Below are positions 48,701-58,463 of a stretch of DNA of 64,000 nt, piece after piece. Each line of letters opens with the position of its first letter. Position 1 is the first letter of the stretch. The notes beneath the pieces were generated by a model. That model was given only the letters and a program-made list of their open reading frames with translations, was not told the DNA's origin and made no database searches. The position numbers and the translations under genes were made by a program. The stretch is from a virus. The stretch covers positions 1 through 64,000 of the IMG/VR virus record IMGVR_UViG_3300020183_005033, one strand, 5' to 3'.

Positions 48701-49611
48701 GGACAAAGGCGGAAGTACCTATGAGTCTCAAAAAGTCAGATGTAAAAGAAGCCGTAGAGAAAATCAAAGGCCCCGCCAAAGTTAATGAAGTCCTAGACGC
48801 TGCTCAACCTGACATGCGCTCTAAAATTCTCGCTGCTCTTCGTAAAGAGAAACTTGCTAAGATGAATGGTACAGGAATCCCTGGGACTGGTGGAGCCACC
48901 CCTCCTGCAATGCGTCCACCTGTACCCGCAGCTCCTGCATCTATGGCTATGTCAAAAGCCGATGAGTCTGAAAGCCATATGGCTAAAAAAGACCTCAAAG
49001 ACATCATGGAGTATGCTCAAGCTCTTGATAAGATGGTTGTTGAATCAGAAGACCTTGAGGATTGGGTAGACTCAAAGATTACAGTTGCAAGACAGTATCT
49101 TTCTGATATTGCTCATTATTTGTCATACGAGCATGGTCAACCAACTGAAGAGTTGGACAAAGGCGACGTTGTTAGTATAAAAGACAAAAAAGTCATTTCA
49201 ACTGACACTAAAGCAGCTCCTAAAACTATGGTTGCCAAACAACCAACTGCCGCTGTTTACAAACGAGGAACGGAACTCGCAATTGATAGTGGTTGGAAAG
49301 GCGATGCCGGAAAAACAGGCGGAAAGCCTGACCTTTCTCTTGTAAAGTCTAAAGCTAAGTTCGAGCGTTGCGTCCTTGCCGTTAAACAAAAATCAAAAGA
49401 CAAAGTTAACCCATGGGCAGTCTGCCATGCTTCCGTTGGTGATGCTAAAAAATCAGAAGACCTCGAAAAAGCTGAAATGAAGGTTAAAGAGCAAGAGAAG
49501 CCCACGAAGGGAATGCCTCAAGCTAAGCAACTCAAGGCCGATGCCGACTTAGAGAAGATTAAAGAAGGCGCAGAAAACGTAGCTAAGGCTGCGGATAAAA
49601 AAAAAAAGTGA
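45784..49611 (+). CDS. Modular polyprotein: DUF3293-like, PcfJ-like, LRV/HEAT-like repeats, ART-like domain, small modules
   Basis: AILTAENP; EAKAMGHC..LWSIR..P.VT..GEMKG; 10 LRV repeats; IHFS...RVYFY...GYLG; many LxK[SAG] linkers. Confidence 0.72.
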   Translation: MKPLFSQKFAILTAENPRYGSAEGGNAALEQEMKAKNLKFTPMKGKYGTPENSYLVENPDHQDILSWGKKYGQDSVIVSDGGLHKMVYTNGPHEGLWHEGHSITIHNQEPEDFYSTINLNNKPTHFTIDFDMDKKHGNPMKKTLNKMLKSLFPQKLPLYSEYIEPLQKGEKFPHFLKFMGNHPKAQETAQWADENIKHRNLAELAMRHAKTKPEGLNDEEKTHVKHFNDSLHMPEVQKAAGLITSQHDFASGIGLLKEAESAYQKRHAKEAPTLVPTEGEKLLDFGDGVGVYNLGKSKNANEAKAMGHCATPHKGGELWSIRRDHGNGMVEPLVTISHEGGYLGEMKGKHNWKPSTKHHGHIAKLLASDKIKGFVGGGYAPESNFEISDLSEGLRNKLLEYKPSLIQKVYKENLPKGFQGDYSHTPEIKSIFNTSDLAAQQKYLAKFSKNTPSHINVRYNVAKNPNTHPDILHKLAVDSDEYVRTGIAENPNTHPDILHKLAVDSDEDVRRGIAENPNTHPDILHKLAVDSDEYVRSNVAKNPNTHPDILHKLAEDSDEDVRYNVAKSSNTRPDILHKLAVDSDKYVRTGIAKNPNTHPDILHKLAVDSDEYVRTGIAENPNTHPDILHKLAVDSDEDVRRGIAKNPNTHPDILHKLAVDSDEYVRTGIAENPNTHPDILHKLAVDSDEDVRRGIAKNPNTHPDLLHKLAVDSDKYVRTGVTLNPQFKNLPLEIQQKARPLVKTPIQKIIAMINDGENNPDSARQATEELKLRRQEKYDKILSPEGNLSDIQHLSESHDNDIAKRARDELKRRGLQKSLKKSDSPKHLIHFSTTPKLTTLDPEFQGTAGRHSPETKHGKPTHPRVYFYEEGTPTESVVTGGAKSKYIIKHPGDDKIIDIAKDTEGLQQQAKEQWLQKPIGSMQDAYFKLLKDKGYLGFKNSASGLPNVVAMFHATPVHAEVPMPKDMSANPDWTKAEVPMSLKKSDVKEAVEKIKGPAKVNEVLDAAQPDMRSKILAALRKEKLAKMNGTGIPGTGGATPPAMRPPVPAAPASMAMSKADESESHMAKKDLKDIMEYAQALDKMVVESEDLEDWVDSKITVARQYLSDIAHYLSYEHGQPTEELDKGDVVSIKDKKVISTDTKAAPKTMVAKQPTAAVYKRGTELAIDSGWKGDAGKTGGKPDLSLVKSKAKFERCVLAVKQKSKDKVNPWAVCHASVGDAKKSEDLEKAEMKVKEQEKPTKGMPQAKQLKADADLEKIKEGAENVAKAADKKKK
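47152..47958. repeat. 78-bp coding tandem repeat, 10 copies plus a partial (LRV-type VRxxIAxNPNTHPDILHKLAVDSDEx)
   Basis: Near-identical units visible in DNA and protein. Confidence 0.95.
49597..49607 (+). other. A11 homopolymer joining 45784..49611 to the +1 frame ORF ending at 50848
   Basis: The +1 frame is open from 49583 and reads KKSELNKSGYF... into the 49718 ORF. Confidence 0.7.
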
Positions 49612-49717
49612 ACTGAACAAATCAGGTTATTTCAAAGAAGACAAGAAGACTCAACTTCCCAAGTGGCATGACCCTCTCAAAGAACAGAGAGAGGCCGCTG
49701 CACAGGAAGAACGTGAG

Positions 49718-50848
49718 TTGCGCCCAGAAAGCAAAATGCACATTTGGGCTGAACTTGAGCGTCATCACCAAATGTCTGAAAAGCCTAAAACTCAAAAGCC
49801 AAAAGAAGAATTAGAAAAAGGCAAGAATGTTCGCAAGCAGCGTGAAGCTGTATTTGGAGGATGGAAGACATCTGCAGGTTCACCCCGTAGAGAAAAACAA
49901 ATTTCTGCCCTTGCTGATATGATTAAGAGAAGGTTTGGATTAGAAGCTCAACGCGCCCCCGGTAAAGTAGCTGCATCTGGCAAGGTAATCGACAAACCAA
50001 GCTTTCATGACAATGTTGTTGAACATATCGGAAATCCCGACTCTCTCGCTCATGAAGTTGGTCACCTATACCAATACGGCAAAGACATGGAGTCTATCGA
50101 CCCTCGTAAAGAATTTAAAACCAAAGAACAATCACTCGGTGATTGGCAAAAAGACATGGACGCTCATTGGGGCGACCTAAATGTCAAGCATGGTTATAAA
50201 AAACAAGCGCAAACGGCAGAAGAGTATGAGCCAACTGCTTTAGAAAACTACTACCGCCGCAGAGCAGGCTTGCCGACTCATCAAAAAACGGCATCCACCG
50301 AAGAAGAAAATAGAATAGAGTCTGAAAAAAGAGGCAAAAAATACAAAAAGCCAGCAATTTCAAGAACTCAAGCAGTTGACGACCCCTCTAAAGAAATTGT
50401 TCAAAAGGTAAAAGTTAAAGGTAAAGACGGCAAAGAGAAAGAAGTTTGGTTGACTGGTTCTATGAAGAACCTAACAGATAAGACAAGAGAGCTTGTAGAC
50501 CAAATTGACAGGGGCGAACTTATGTTAGACCCAACCCGTGGGTATGTTGAGGGTACATCTGTTGACGCTAAGATTAACCGCCGCGCCCGTGCAGCTTCTA
50601 AGGACAAGACACGTAAAGACGCCGACACTCTTATGCGCTCAGACGAAGTCCTTGAGAAAAAACTCATCATTGGCGAAAACAAACCATCAAAGGCAACTAA
50701 GAAGGCAACCCCAGAAAAGCACAAGGCAATTATGGATAAACTTAGTGCTGCTCTCGATACGATTCAAATAGACACCTCCCCTGAAGCTGTAAAAGAGCGT
50801 AAAATGCTACTTGAACATGTAAAACACAAGCTTAAGGGAAGAAAATAA
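49718..50848 (+). CDS. Polyprotein continuation with HExxH metallopeptidase-like domain
   Basis: SLAHEVGH...E; LEKG and LEKK linkers; weak TTG start. Confidence 0.65.
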   Translation: MRPESKMHIWAELERHHQMSEKPKTQKPKEELEKGKNVRKQREAVFGGWKTSAGSPRREKQISALADMIKRRFGLEAQRAPGKVAASGKVIDKPSFHDNVVEHIGNPDSLAHEVGHLYQYGKDMESIDPRKEFKTKEQSLGDWQKDMDAHWGDLNVKHGYKKQAQTAEEYEPTALENYYRRRAGLPTHQKTASTEEENRIESEKRGKKYKKPAISRTQAVDDPSKEIVQKVKVKGKDGKEKEVWLTGSMKNLTDKTRELVDQIDRGELMLDPTRGYVEGTSVDAKINRRARAASKDKTRKDADTLMRSDEVLEKKLIIGENKPSKATKKATPEKHKAIMDKLSAALDTIQIDTSPEAVKERKMLLEHVKHKLKGRK

Positions 50849-51264
50849 TGTATTACTTCCAAGTAAAACCCTTAGACCTTTTTGATGAACCTAACGATAT
50901 TGCGCCGTTAGAGTATTGGGAAGTCACACAAGACTCTCCAGTAAGGCTGTCGTTCCAAATTATGATTTCAGACGCTCTTCCCCTAAGACGCTTTATGGTG
51001 CCAACTGGCCAAGTCGTCAAGGCTAAGTTTCAACGAGCTAAGGTTGCTAAGCTAGGTCAAGCTGCTACGTCTCAGACGTTTGAGGTGCAAGCTCTGCCTA
51101 TGGCCATGGACAGAAGCATCTGGACAATGAACTTGACTGCTGACCAAGTTAATACCCTTGTTGGCGGTACTGTTCAGTTCAATATCTACAATGGTACAAC
51201 ACTCGTACAGACTATCAATGTACCTTATATGATTAAGAAAATTCTAACAGGGGCGGGCTGCTAA
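50848..51264 (+). CDS. hypothetical (possibly virion) protein
   Basis: 138 aa beta-rich; coupled to the adaptor gene. Confidence 0.55.
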   Translation: MYYFQVKPLDLFDEPNDIAPLEYWEVTQDSPVRLSFQIMISDALPLRRFMVPTGQVVKAKFQRAKVAKLGQAATSQTFEVQALPMAMDRSIWTMNLTADQVNTLVGGTVQFNIYNGTTLVQTINVPYMIKKILTGAGC

Positions 51265-51265
51265 T

Positions 51266-52147
51266 ATGTCAGACCAATATCCGCTTGGCTATAACCCCGC
51301 AGGATTAGAGCCCTATAGAGGCGACTACAACACATATCCAATTCATTGTAAGTCAGATATGGAGACAATCGAAGGAGCCTTTAAAAGATTCCTTCCGTTG
51401 CCAACCATTCATGACCTTAGAAAGTTTGCACTGTTTGGACTCAAGAGACTTGTTGACCCAGAGCAACTTGAAGAGATTGACGATGCCTTCTTGACTCAGT
51501 ATCTTACGTCAGCCATCAATGAGATTGAGATGTCGATGGGGATGTTTCTTTCTCCATGCGAGCAGACTCTTGTGTTTGACTACACAGAAGGTATGTTTGC
51601 TAGTAACTTTAGCGGCTTAAAGATTAAGCAGTTTCCTGTGACAGATATTTTGTCAATGAAATTAAAGTTTTCTCATGCAATGAATGACTTGCCTATCAAC
51701 GAGTTCACGTTGCCACCTTCTTGGATTTCTTATAGAAACAGAAGAATCAACGTCTTGGCTGACTTAGGTACTATTAAAACAACAGCACGCGGGGGCGACG
51801 GAACGGTGTTCAGTTTTATGGCTGGCTATGCTCCCCAAGCCTTCCGTCCTAATATGATTTCTGTAGAAGTATTGACTGGTTTCCCAGAAGGCAGAGTGCC
51901 TGCTATTGTAGTTGACTTAGTTATTACTGTGGCAAGTATTCGTCTTTTGACAGACATCGTTCCGATGCTTTTCCCTTACAGTTCAGTCAATGTAAGTATT
52001 GATGGTGTAAGTCAGGCTGCGTCACTGCCTGGGCCAAATTTTCTATTGAACAGATTGCAGGCACTTGAAAAGAAGCGACTAGAGCAAGAGTCAGCCATCA
52101 AAGCAAGTATGGGGCAACAAATTAAAGTAGGCTTCATCGGAGCTTGA
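51266..52147 (+). CDS. putative head-tail adaptor (neck) protein
   Basis: Resembles Herelleviridae-type adaptor: LFG, YL..AI..IE, SIDGVSQ. Confidence 0.6.
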   Translation: MSDQYPLGYNPAGLEPYRGDYNTYPIHCKSDMETIEGAFKRFLPLPTIHDLRKFALFGLKRLVDPEQLEEIDDAFLTQYLTSAINEIEMSMGMFLSPCEQTLVFDYTEGMFASNFSGLKIKQFPVTDILSMKLKFSHAMNDLPINEFTLPPSWISYRNRRINVLADLGTIKTTARGGDGTVFSFMAGYAPQAFRPNMISVEVLTGFPEGRVPAIVVDLVITVASIRLLTDIVPMLFPYSSVNVSIDGVSQAASLPGPNFLLNRLQALEKKRLEQESAIKASMGQQIKVGFIGA

Positions 52148-52193
52148 CAGTTTGATTTATCTGTGGCATCGTTAAGATGCTTCGGAGGCTTGG

Positions 52194-52230
52194 AGTCCGT
52201 TCAGTTTTTATTGAACGGGCTTTATTTTTT
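52194..52230 (+). terminator. intrinsic terminator
   Basis: AGTCCGTTCA...TGAACGGGCT then TTATTTTTT. Confidence 0.7.
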
Positions 52231-52232
52231 GC

Positions 52233-52259
52233 TAAAGTTTATTTTTTGACCTCCGATAA
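52233..52259 (+). promoter_or_regulatory. sigma-28 (FliA)-type promoter
   Basis: TAAAGTTT-N11-TCCGATAA. Confidence 0.8.
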
Positions 52260-52280
52260 GTATTATGTAGGGGGTGGCTT

Positions 52281-52496
52281 ATGATTAAGTTTGAAGGTAA
52301 AAAAATGTCTCCAAAACAATACGCACAAGAAGTGTTGCAACAAACACTTCTTGTAAGAATAGAGGCGGAGCTGTGCTCTTCCTCTAGAGATGAGGAAATG
52401 TCTGCAATGACGGACAAAGAAAGGGAAGAAATGATGAGACAGATTGACCTTTTGGTTGCTAGGGCACTGAAGGTGGTTGGAGGAAAAAACAAATGA
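52281..52496 (+). CDS. hypothetical early protein
   Basis: GGGGGTG RBS after the promoter. Confidence 0.65.
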   Translation: MIKFEGKKMSPKQYAQEVLQQTLLVRIEAELCSSSRDEEMSAMTDKEREEMMRQIDLLVARALKVVGGKNK

Positions 52497-52846
52497 AAGT
52501 TTTTGTTTATAGAAATCTTCACAAGGGCTGTCTGAGTGTAAAAGCCCTTGAGGGCGAAAAAAAAGGCAGAGTAATTGCTCACGTAGACGAAATTACGCTG
52601 TCTAACTGCCAACTCAAAGTTAGTCAAGCGGGCCGCGCTAGAGTGCTGCGCGAGCGTCAAAAAAATGTCCACGCAGGCGTAAAGGGCGAGTGGAGTCAAG
52701 GGCTTAATTTTGTGATTGAGTCTATGACCAAAGTACGATACAACCCTTATGAAGTTTCTACATTTGTAGAAACAAACACAGGAAATCCAGTGCTTACGGC
52801 AAAAGAAGTTTTTATTAGCAAAAATGGAGTTTTTGTTAATTTTTAA
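52493..52846 (+). CDS. conserved phage hypothetical protein
   Basis: VYRNLH...SQAGR.RVL...KNVHA...YNPY pattern I recognise from phage proteins; function unknown. Confidence 0.7.
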   Translation: MKVFVYRNLHKGCLSVKALEGEKKGRVIAHVDEITLSNCQLKVSQAGRARVLRERQKNVHAGVKGEWSQGLNFVIESMTKVRYNPYEVSTFVETNTGNPVLTAKEVFISKNGVFVNF

Positions 52847-52847
52847 T

Positions 52848-52874
52848 TAAAGTTTATTCACTGACTGCCGATAA
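52848..52874 (+). promoter_or_regulatory. sigma-28 (FliA)-type promoter, perfect consensus
   Basis: TAAAGTTT-N11-GCCGATAA. Confidence 0.88.
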
Positions 52875-52895
52875 GTATTATGTAGGAGGTGAGTT

Positions 52896-53198
52896 ATGAG
52901 ATTAGTAAATTTAACACCACATACCGTCAATGTGATTAACGGCCAAAACTACGCCAGTGAAGGCGTAGTCAGAGTTTCTGAAACAGAAACTCAAGTTGGA
53001 GAAGTTGGCGGAATCCCGCTCTTTTCCAAGGTTTTTGGAAAAGTTGTTGGCTTGCCAGAGCCAACGGAAGGCACAATGTTTATTGTGTCTGCTCTTGTCA
53101 AGGCTGCTTGCCCTGACAGAAAGGACTTACTTGTCCCTACCAAATTGGTAAGGGACGAAAAAGGCAACATTATTGGTTGCTGTGGCTTTGCTGTTTAA
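52896..53198 (+). CDS. conserved phage protein with NLTPH motif
   Basis: NLTPH...GLP....FIVS.......RKDLLVP...RD..G.IIG; AGGAGGTG RBS. Confidence 0.75.
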   Translation: MRLVNLTPHTVNVINGQNYASEGVVRVSETETQVGEVGGIPLFSKVFGKVVGLPEPTEGTMFIVSALVKAACPDRKDLLVPTKLVRDEKGNIIGCCGFAV

Positions 53199-53223
53199 TG
53201 CTTTATTAACTAAAGGGGGTTTT

Positions 53224-54906
<1,683 letters not shown>

Positions 54907-54910
<4 letters not shown>

Positions 54911-55122
54911 CAGACGAAGAGCTGATAGAAAAACTACGATTAAAAAACTGCCTTAGATGGATAGACCCACCAATTACTACTCAAAAAATTCTTCAAGAAG
55001 CTTTGACTAAAGCAGAAAATTTGCTGCTTGAAATTTCCATTCACGAAAATGAAAAAATAGTTGAGGCACACAAGATTTTAAATTGCATCGTAGAGAAAAA
55101 ACGCGAAATGGGGGACTTATGA
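54907..55122 (+). CDS. hypothetical protein
   Basis: GGAGGAG RBS. Confidence 0.55.
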
Positions 55123-55721
55123 GCCAATTAGATGAAATCCTTAGAGAAGAGTCTCTAATGAAAGAAGCCTTCAACAATCATGAGACTCTTGTCAAGCTAA
55201 CTTATGATACTTGCGGCTCTACCATCTTAAGAGTCGCTTCCTACATGATTGACGCCCTAGAGAATGGCCATAAGGTTCTTTTTATGGGAAATGGAGGTAG
55301 TGCCGCTGACGCTCAGCACTTGGCCGCCGAGTTGGTTGGAAGGTTTACTCGTGAAAGGAAAGGACTAGCATCGGTTGCTTTGACAACAGACACATCTATC
55401 TTGACGGCAATTGCAAATGACTATGGCTACAACCAAGTCTTTTCAAGGCAGGTAGAGGCATTGGCTCAGAAGGGAGATGTCGTCGTTGGAATCTCTACGT
55501 CCGGCAACAGCCCTAACATTTTGAAGGCCATGGAGGTTGCCTCAGAGAAGGGCTGTATTTTGATTGGTTTTACAGGCGGTAAAGGTGGAAAGCTGTATGA
55601 AAACACTGACTTGTGCATAACAGTACCGTCTTTGACGACTGCCAGAATACAAGAAATGCACATTTTAATTGGACATGTAATATGCGATATTGTTGAAGAT
55701 TATTTTTCAAAAAAGGAGTAG
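55119..55721 (+). CDS. gmhA: sedoheptulose-7-phosphate isomerase
   Basis: GNGGSAADAQHLAAELVGRF, NDYGY, ISTSGNS, RIQEMH. Confidence 0.93.
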   Translation: MSQLDEILREESLMKEAFNNHETLVKLTYDTCGSTILRVASYMIDALENGHKVLFMGNGGSAADAQHLAAELVGRFTRERKGLASVALTTDTSILTAIANDYGYNQVFSRQVEALAQKGDVVVGISTSGNSPNILKAMEVASEKGCILIGFTGGKGGKLYENTDLCITVPSLTTARIQEMHILIGHVICDIVEDYFSKKE

Positions 55722-55790
55722 ATTATGACTACAAAGAGTGCTATTAATAATTTGATGGAAATTGTTTCCATCTTTTTTATGGAGAAAATT

Positions 55791-56048
55791 ATGCGTCGCA
55801 GTACACCGTCTACCTACACAGAAGTCGCAGTCGAAGTTCTTGCAGCAGCAGGCAGCCGCGAACTTACAGCAGCACAAGTTTTTGAAAATGCACGTAAGCG
55901 CGGTCTTTTGCGTCGCTTTACTGCTCAAGGTCGCACCCTGGAGCAAGTCAAAGTAGGTCTTTCAGCCAAATTGCGCCAATCATCTAACTCAGGCAACAGC
56001 GGAATTGCTGTTCGTCAGAAAAATGGCGTCAATCTTTATTCAGTGTGA
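55791..56048 (+). CDS. winged-helix (HARE-HTH/HB1-like) protein
   Basis: TY.EVA.EVL.....LT..QV...A..RGL....GRT; GGAG RBS (ORF track start 55725). Confidence 0.55.
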   Translation: MRRSTPSTYTEVAVEVLAAAGSRELTAAQVFENARKRGLLRRFTAQGRTLEQVKVGLSAKLRQSSNSGNSGIAVRQKNGVNLYSV

Positions 56049-56058
56049 GATAAGAGCT

Positions 56059-56325
56059 ATGCTTGAGACTTTTATAGTAGCTGGCGTAGTTTCTTACTTT
56101 GTGGGGCAGGTCAAACTGCCCCCTTGCATTGTTGGAAAAGAAAATAGTAATTACTGTGTTTCGAGGCAGTATGCCAATGTCCGATATGAAAACATAGAGT
56201 TTGTAAAAAAGCTAAATACCAACCCCAACGATGCCCGTGTTATTATTAAATTAAAAGAATACGGAACAATATCAGTCCCTTATGACTCCAACAAGCTGAC
56301 TTTTGAATATCACGTTAACTTTTGA
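56059..56325 (+). CDS. hypothetical protein with N-terminal hydrophobic segment
   Basis: ORF in operon. Confidence 0.5.
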   Translation: MLETFIVAGVVSYFVGQVKLPPCIVGKENSNYCVSRQYANVRYENIEFVKKLNTNPNDARVIIKLKEYGTISVPYDSNKLTFEYHVNF

Positions 56326-56326
56326 C

Positions 56327-56353
56327 TCAAGGTTTTTTACGCACCGTCGATAA
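56327..56353 (+). promoter_or_regulatory. sigma-28-type promoter
   Basis: TCAAGGTT-N11-GTCGATAA. Confidence 0.7.
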
Positions 56354-56374
56354 GTATTATGTTGGAGGTGACCT

Positions 56375-56635
56375 ATGGAAAATGTAATCAAAGTTTTGCA
56401 AAATGATTCCCATAAAGAGTTTTATGATGTTACAGACAGCATTGAGGTAGACAATATAGTTTTTAAGTTTACTGTTCTCGAAACAGTGCAAGAAGATGTC
56501 GATGGATATTGGCCTTCAGAAGTCAAGCTTTTGTCTGTAAACGGACAAGAGCCAACACAAGAAGTTTCTGATTTATTTAAAGAAGTGTTGGCCACAAAAT
56601 GGGCTGTTTGGCTTGAGCCTAAACACATGGAGTAA
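56375..56635 (+). CDS. acidic hypothetical early protein
   Basis: GGAGGTG RBS. Confidence 0.65.
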   Translation: MENVIKVLQNDSHKEFYDVTDSIEVDNIVFKFTVLETVQEDVDGYWPSEVKLLSVNGQEPTQEVSDLFKEVLATKWAVWLEPKHME

Positions 56636-56637
56636 TT

Positions 56638-56772
56638 ATGAAAAAACAACGTCCACAACAAGACCTGGAGCTTGAGATGCTCCAGCCGACAAAGATGTCC
56701 CCTAAAGCCCCTAAGCTTTCTAGGAAAAAACTAAAGAAAGCCTTCAAAATAATGCAAGCAGTTAAATTCTAA
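56638..56772 (+). CDS. small basic protein (44 aa, not in ORF track)
   Basis: GGAG RBS; MKKQRPQQDLELE...AVKF. Confidence 0.5.
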   Translation: MKKQRPQQDLELEMLQPTKMSPKAPKLSRKKLKKAFKIMQAVKF

Positions 56773-56798
56773 AAATATTTTTTATCTAATCATTTCAG

Positions 56799-56838
56799 AG
56801 GGATAGTTAGCTTAACGAGCCAACTGTCCCTTTTGTTT
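56799..56838 (+). terminator. intrinsic terminator
   Basis: AGGGATAGTTAGCT-loop-AGCCAACTGTCCCT then TTTGTTT. Confidence 0.7.
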
Positions 56839-56927
56839 ATTCTTTTTCTAAAATTGTAGTAAAATTACCTCATACATCTTTTGATGTAGTGTGATTCATT
56901 GGGAACCAATAGAAGGAGACCTTTCCC

Positions 56928-58463
56928 ATGACGACCGGTTATCAGTTTGTAGGCCAGCAAGACATGGCCAAGATTCGTGAACGCCTTGAGCGCATGGCGA
57001 AATCTTTCAACGCCATTGGTTACCAAGGAATGCAGAACGCTGGCCGTACAGGCATCAGCGCTCTTACTATCGACAGCGCCGACCCTGTCATGTACGCAAT
57101 CTGCGCACAGGAAAAGCAGCTCAAGTTGATGAAAAATGTTAAGACCCTCAAAGCTACACAGCCTGTTTACTTCTATAAAGTACAGACTGCTATCGCTACT
57201 CAGGGCCTCGACCTTGCTGGTTTTGAAAACTTCATGCCACAAGAAGACCAAGCTCAGTATGAGCAGGTTGCTGAACCACTCAAAATCTATGGTATCAAGA
57301 AGACTCTTGGCGACATGGTTCGTCTAACTAACGAAGCAGGTGGATTCTTTGACGGTATCGACATTGAAAAAGAAAACGAGCGCAACGCTGCTATGGCTCT
57401 TTCAACACAGTTTGAGCGCGATGGTTATGCCGGCGGTGACTACTACGTTGACGCTTCAGGCGCTATCGACGTTGAAACTCCCTTGAAATTCCTTGGTAAC
57501 CGCCGCATTCCAGCTATCCGTCAGCTCCGTGGTATTCAGAACAACATCCGCGAAGGCGAAAGAGCTACTCGTGGTTCTACTCCAGACTTCGTTGCTTACG
57601 GAAACAGCTTCTCCGTTGTTCAAGACCTTAAGGGCAAAGCACTTGACCAAGAAGTTCTTGACGATACAACTACAGCAGTTGTCTCGAACGCGGGTGAAGT
57701 ATCAGAAGCTCACGCTACTCCAGCTCAAATCGCTGAGTTCCGTAAGACTTTCTTCGGTCTTCAACGTGGTGACATCGCTCAGAACTTTGCAATCCGTGGA
57801 CCTGACCTCAGCAACGCTGAAGAAGGTGGATTCGCGATTATGTCTGTTAGCGGTCTAGTTAAGTTCATTCCTGCTATCTACAAGCACTCTGTTCGTCAGA
57901 AGGCTCTTCCAGTTAGCGGAACTAACGGCGTACCTCCTTCAACTCCAGTTATTGCTTCTGCAGCTTTGACTGTTGGTTCAGTTGGCTCAGAACTCAAAGT
58001 TGGCGACAAAGTCAAGTTCTTGGTTCAGGCTACTTCAATCTTCGGCATCAGCTCACCAGCTATGTCCGCTGAATTGACTGTAACTGTTGATGGTCAGGGC
58101 GTTGACCTCTCTATCGCTGCTCAGGCTGACGCTGAAGCATTCATGGTCTTCATGACTCCTCGCGAAGCTGCTGGTAAGGCTGGTTCAGAAGGATTCGTTG
58201 GTAAAGTAGTTAAGGCTGCTTCTGGCGCAACTGCATTCAAGTATGTCGGCGCAGTAATGCCTGGCTATGAAAGCGTACTCTTCATGCCTTCAAGCGAAGA
58301 CCGCGTTAAGTTGGCTGTTCTTGGAAACCTCCTCAATAAGTCTGACCTTGGTCGTCAAGGTTTGGCTCTTGAGAGCGTATTCAGCTCGTACTTGGCTGTT
58401 GTTCTTCATAAGCCACGTTCGTTCGCTCTTCTTGACAACGTCAAGCAACGCCGCCGTATCTAA
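56928..58463 (+). CDS. major capsid protein precursor (Herelleviridae-like)
   Basis: N-terminal ..MAK|SF..GY.G....G..AL pattern like phage K/A511 capsid; strong codon bias, AAGGAG RBS, terminator. Confidence 0.8.
   Translation: MTTGYQFVGQQDMAKIRERLERMAKSFNAIGYQGMQNAGRTGISALTIDSADPVMYAICAQEKQLKLMKNVKTLKATQPVYFYKVQTAIATQGLDLAGFENFMPQEDQAQYEQVAEPLKIYGIKKTLGDMVRLTNEAGGFFDGIDIEKENERNAAMALSTQFERDGYAGGDYYVDASGAIDVETPLKFLGNRRIPAIRQLRGIQNNIREGERATRGSTPDFVAYGNSFSVVQDLKGKALDQEVLDDTTTAVVSNAGEVSEAHATPAQIAEFRKTFFGLQRGDIAQNFAIRGPDLSNAEEGGFAIMSVSGLVKFIPAIYKHSVRQKALPVSGTNGVPPSTPVIASAALTVGSVGSELKVGDKVKFLVQATSIFGISSPAMSAELTVTVDGQGVDLSIAAQADAEAFMVFMTPREAAGKAGSEGFVGKVVKAASGATAFKYVGAVMPGYESVLFMPSSEDRVKLAVLGNLLNKSDLGRQGLALESVFSSYLAVVLHKPRSFALLDNVKQRRRI

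Noticed and set aside
49597-49616. -1 ribosomal frameshift at A AAA AAG
   Set aside because: The -1 frame reaches TGA within three codons; only the +1 frame continues.
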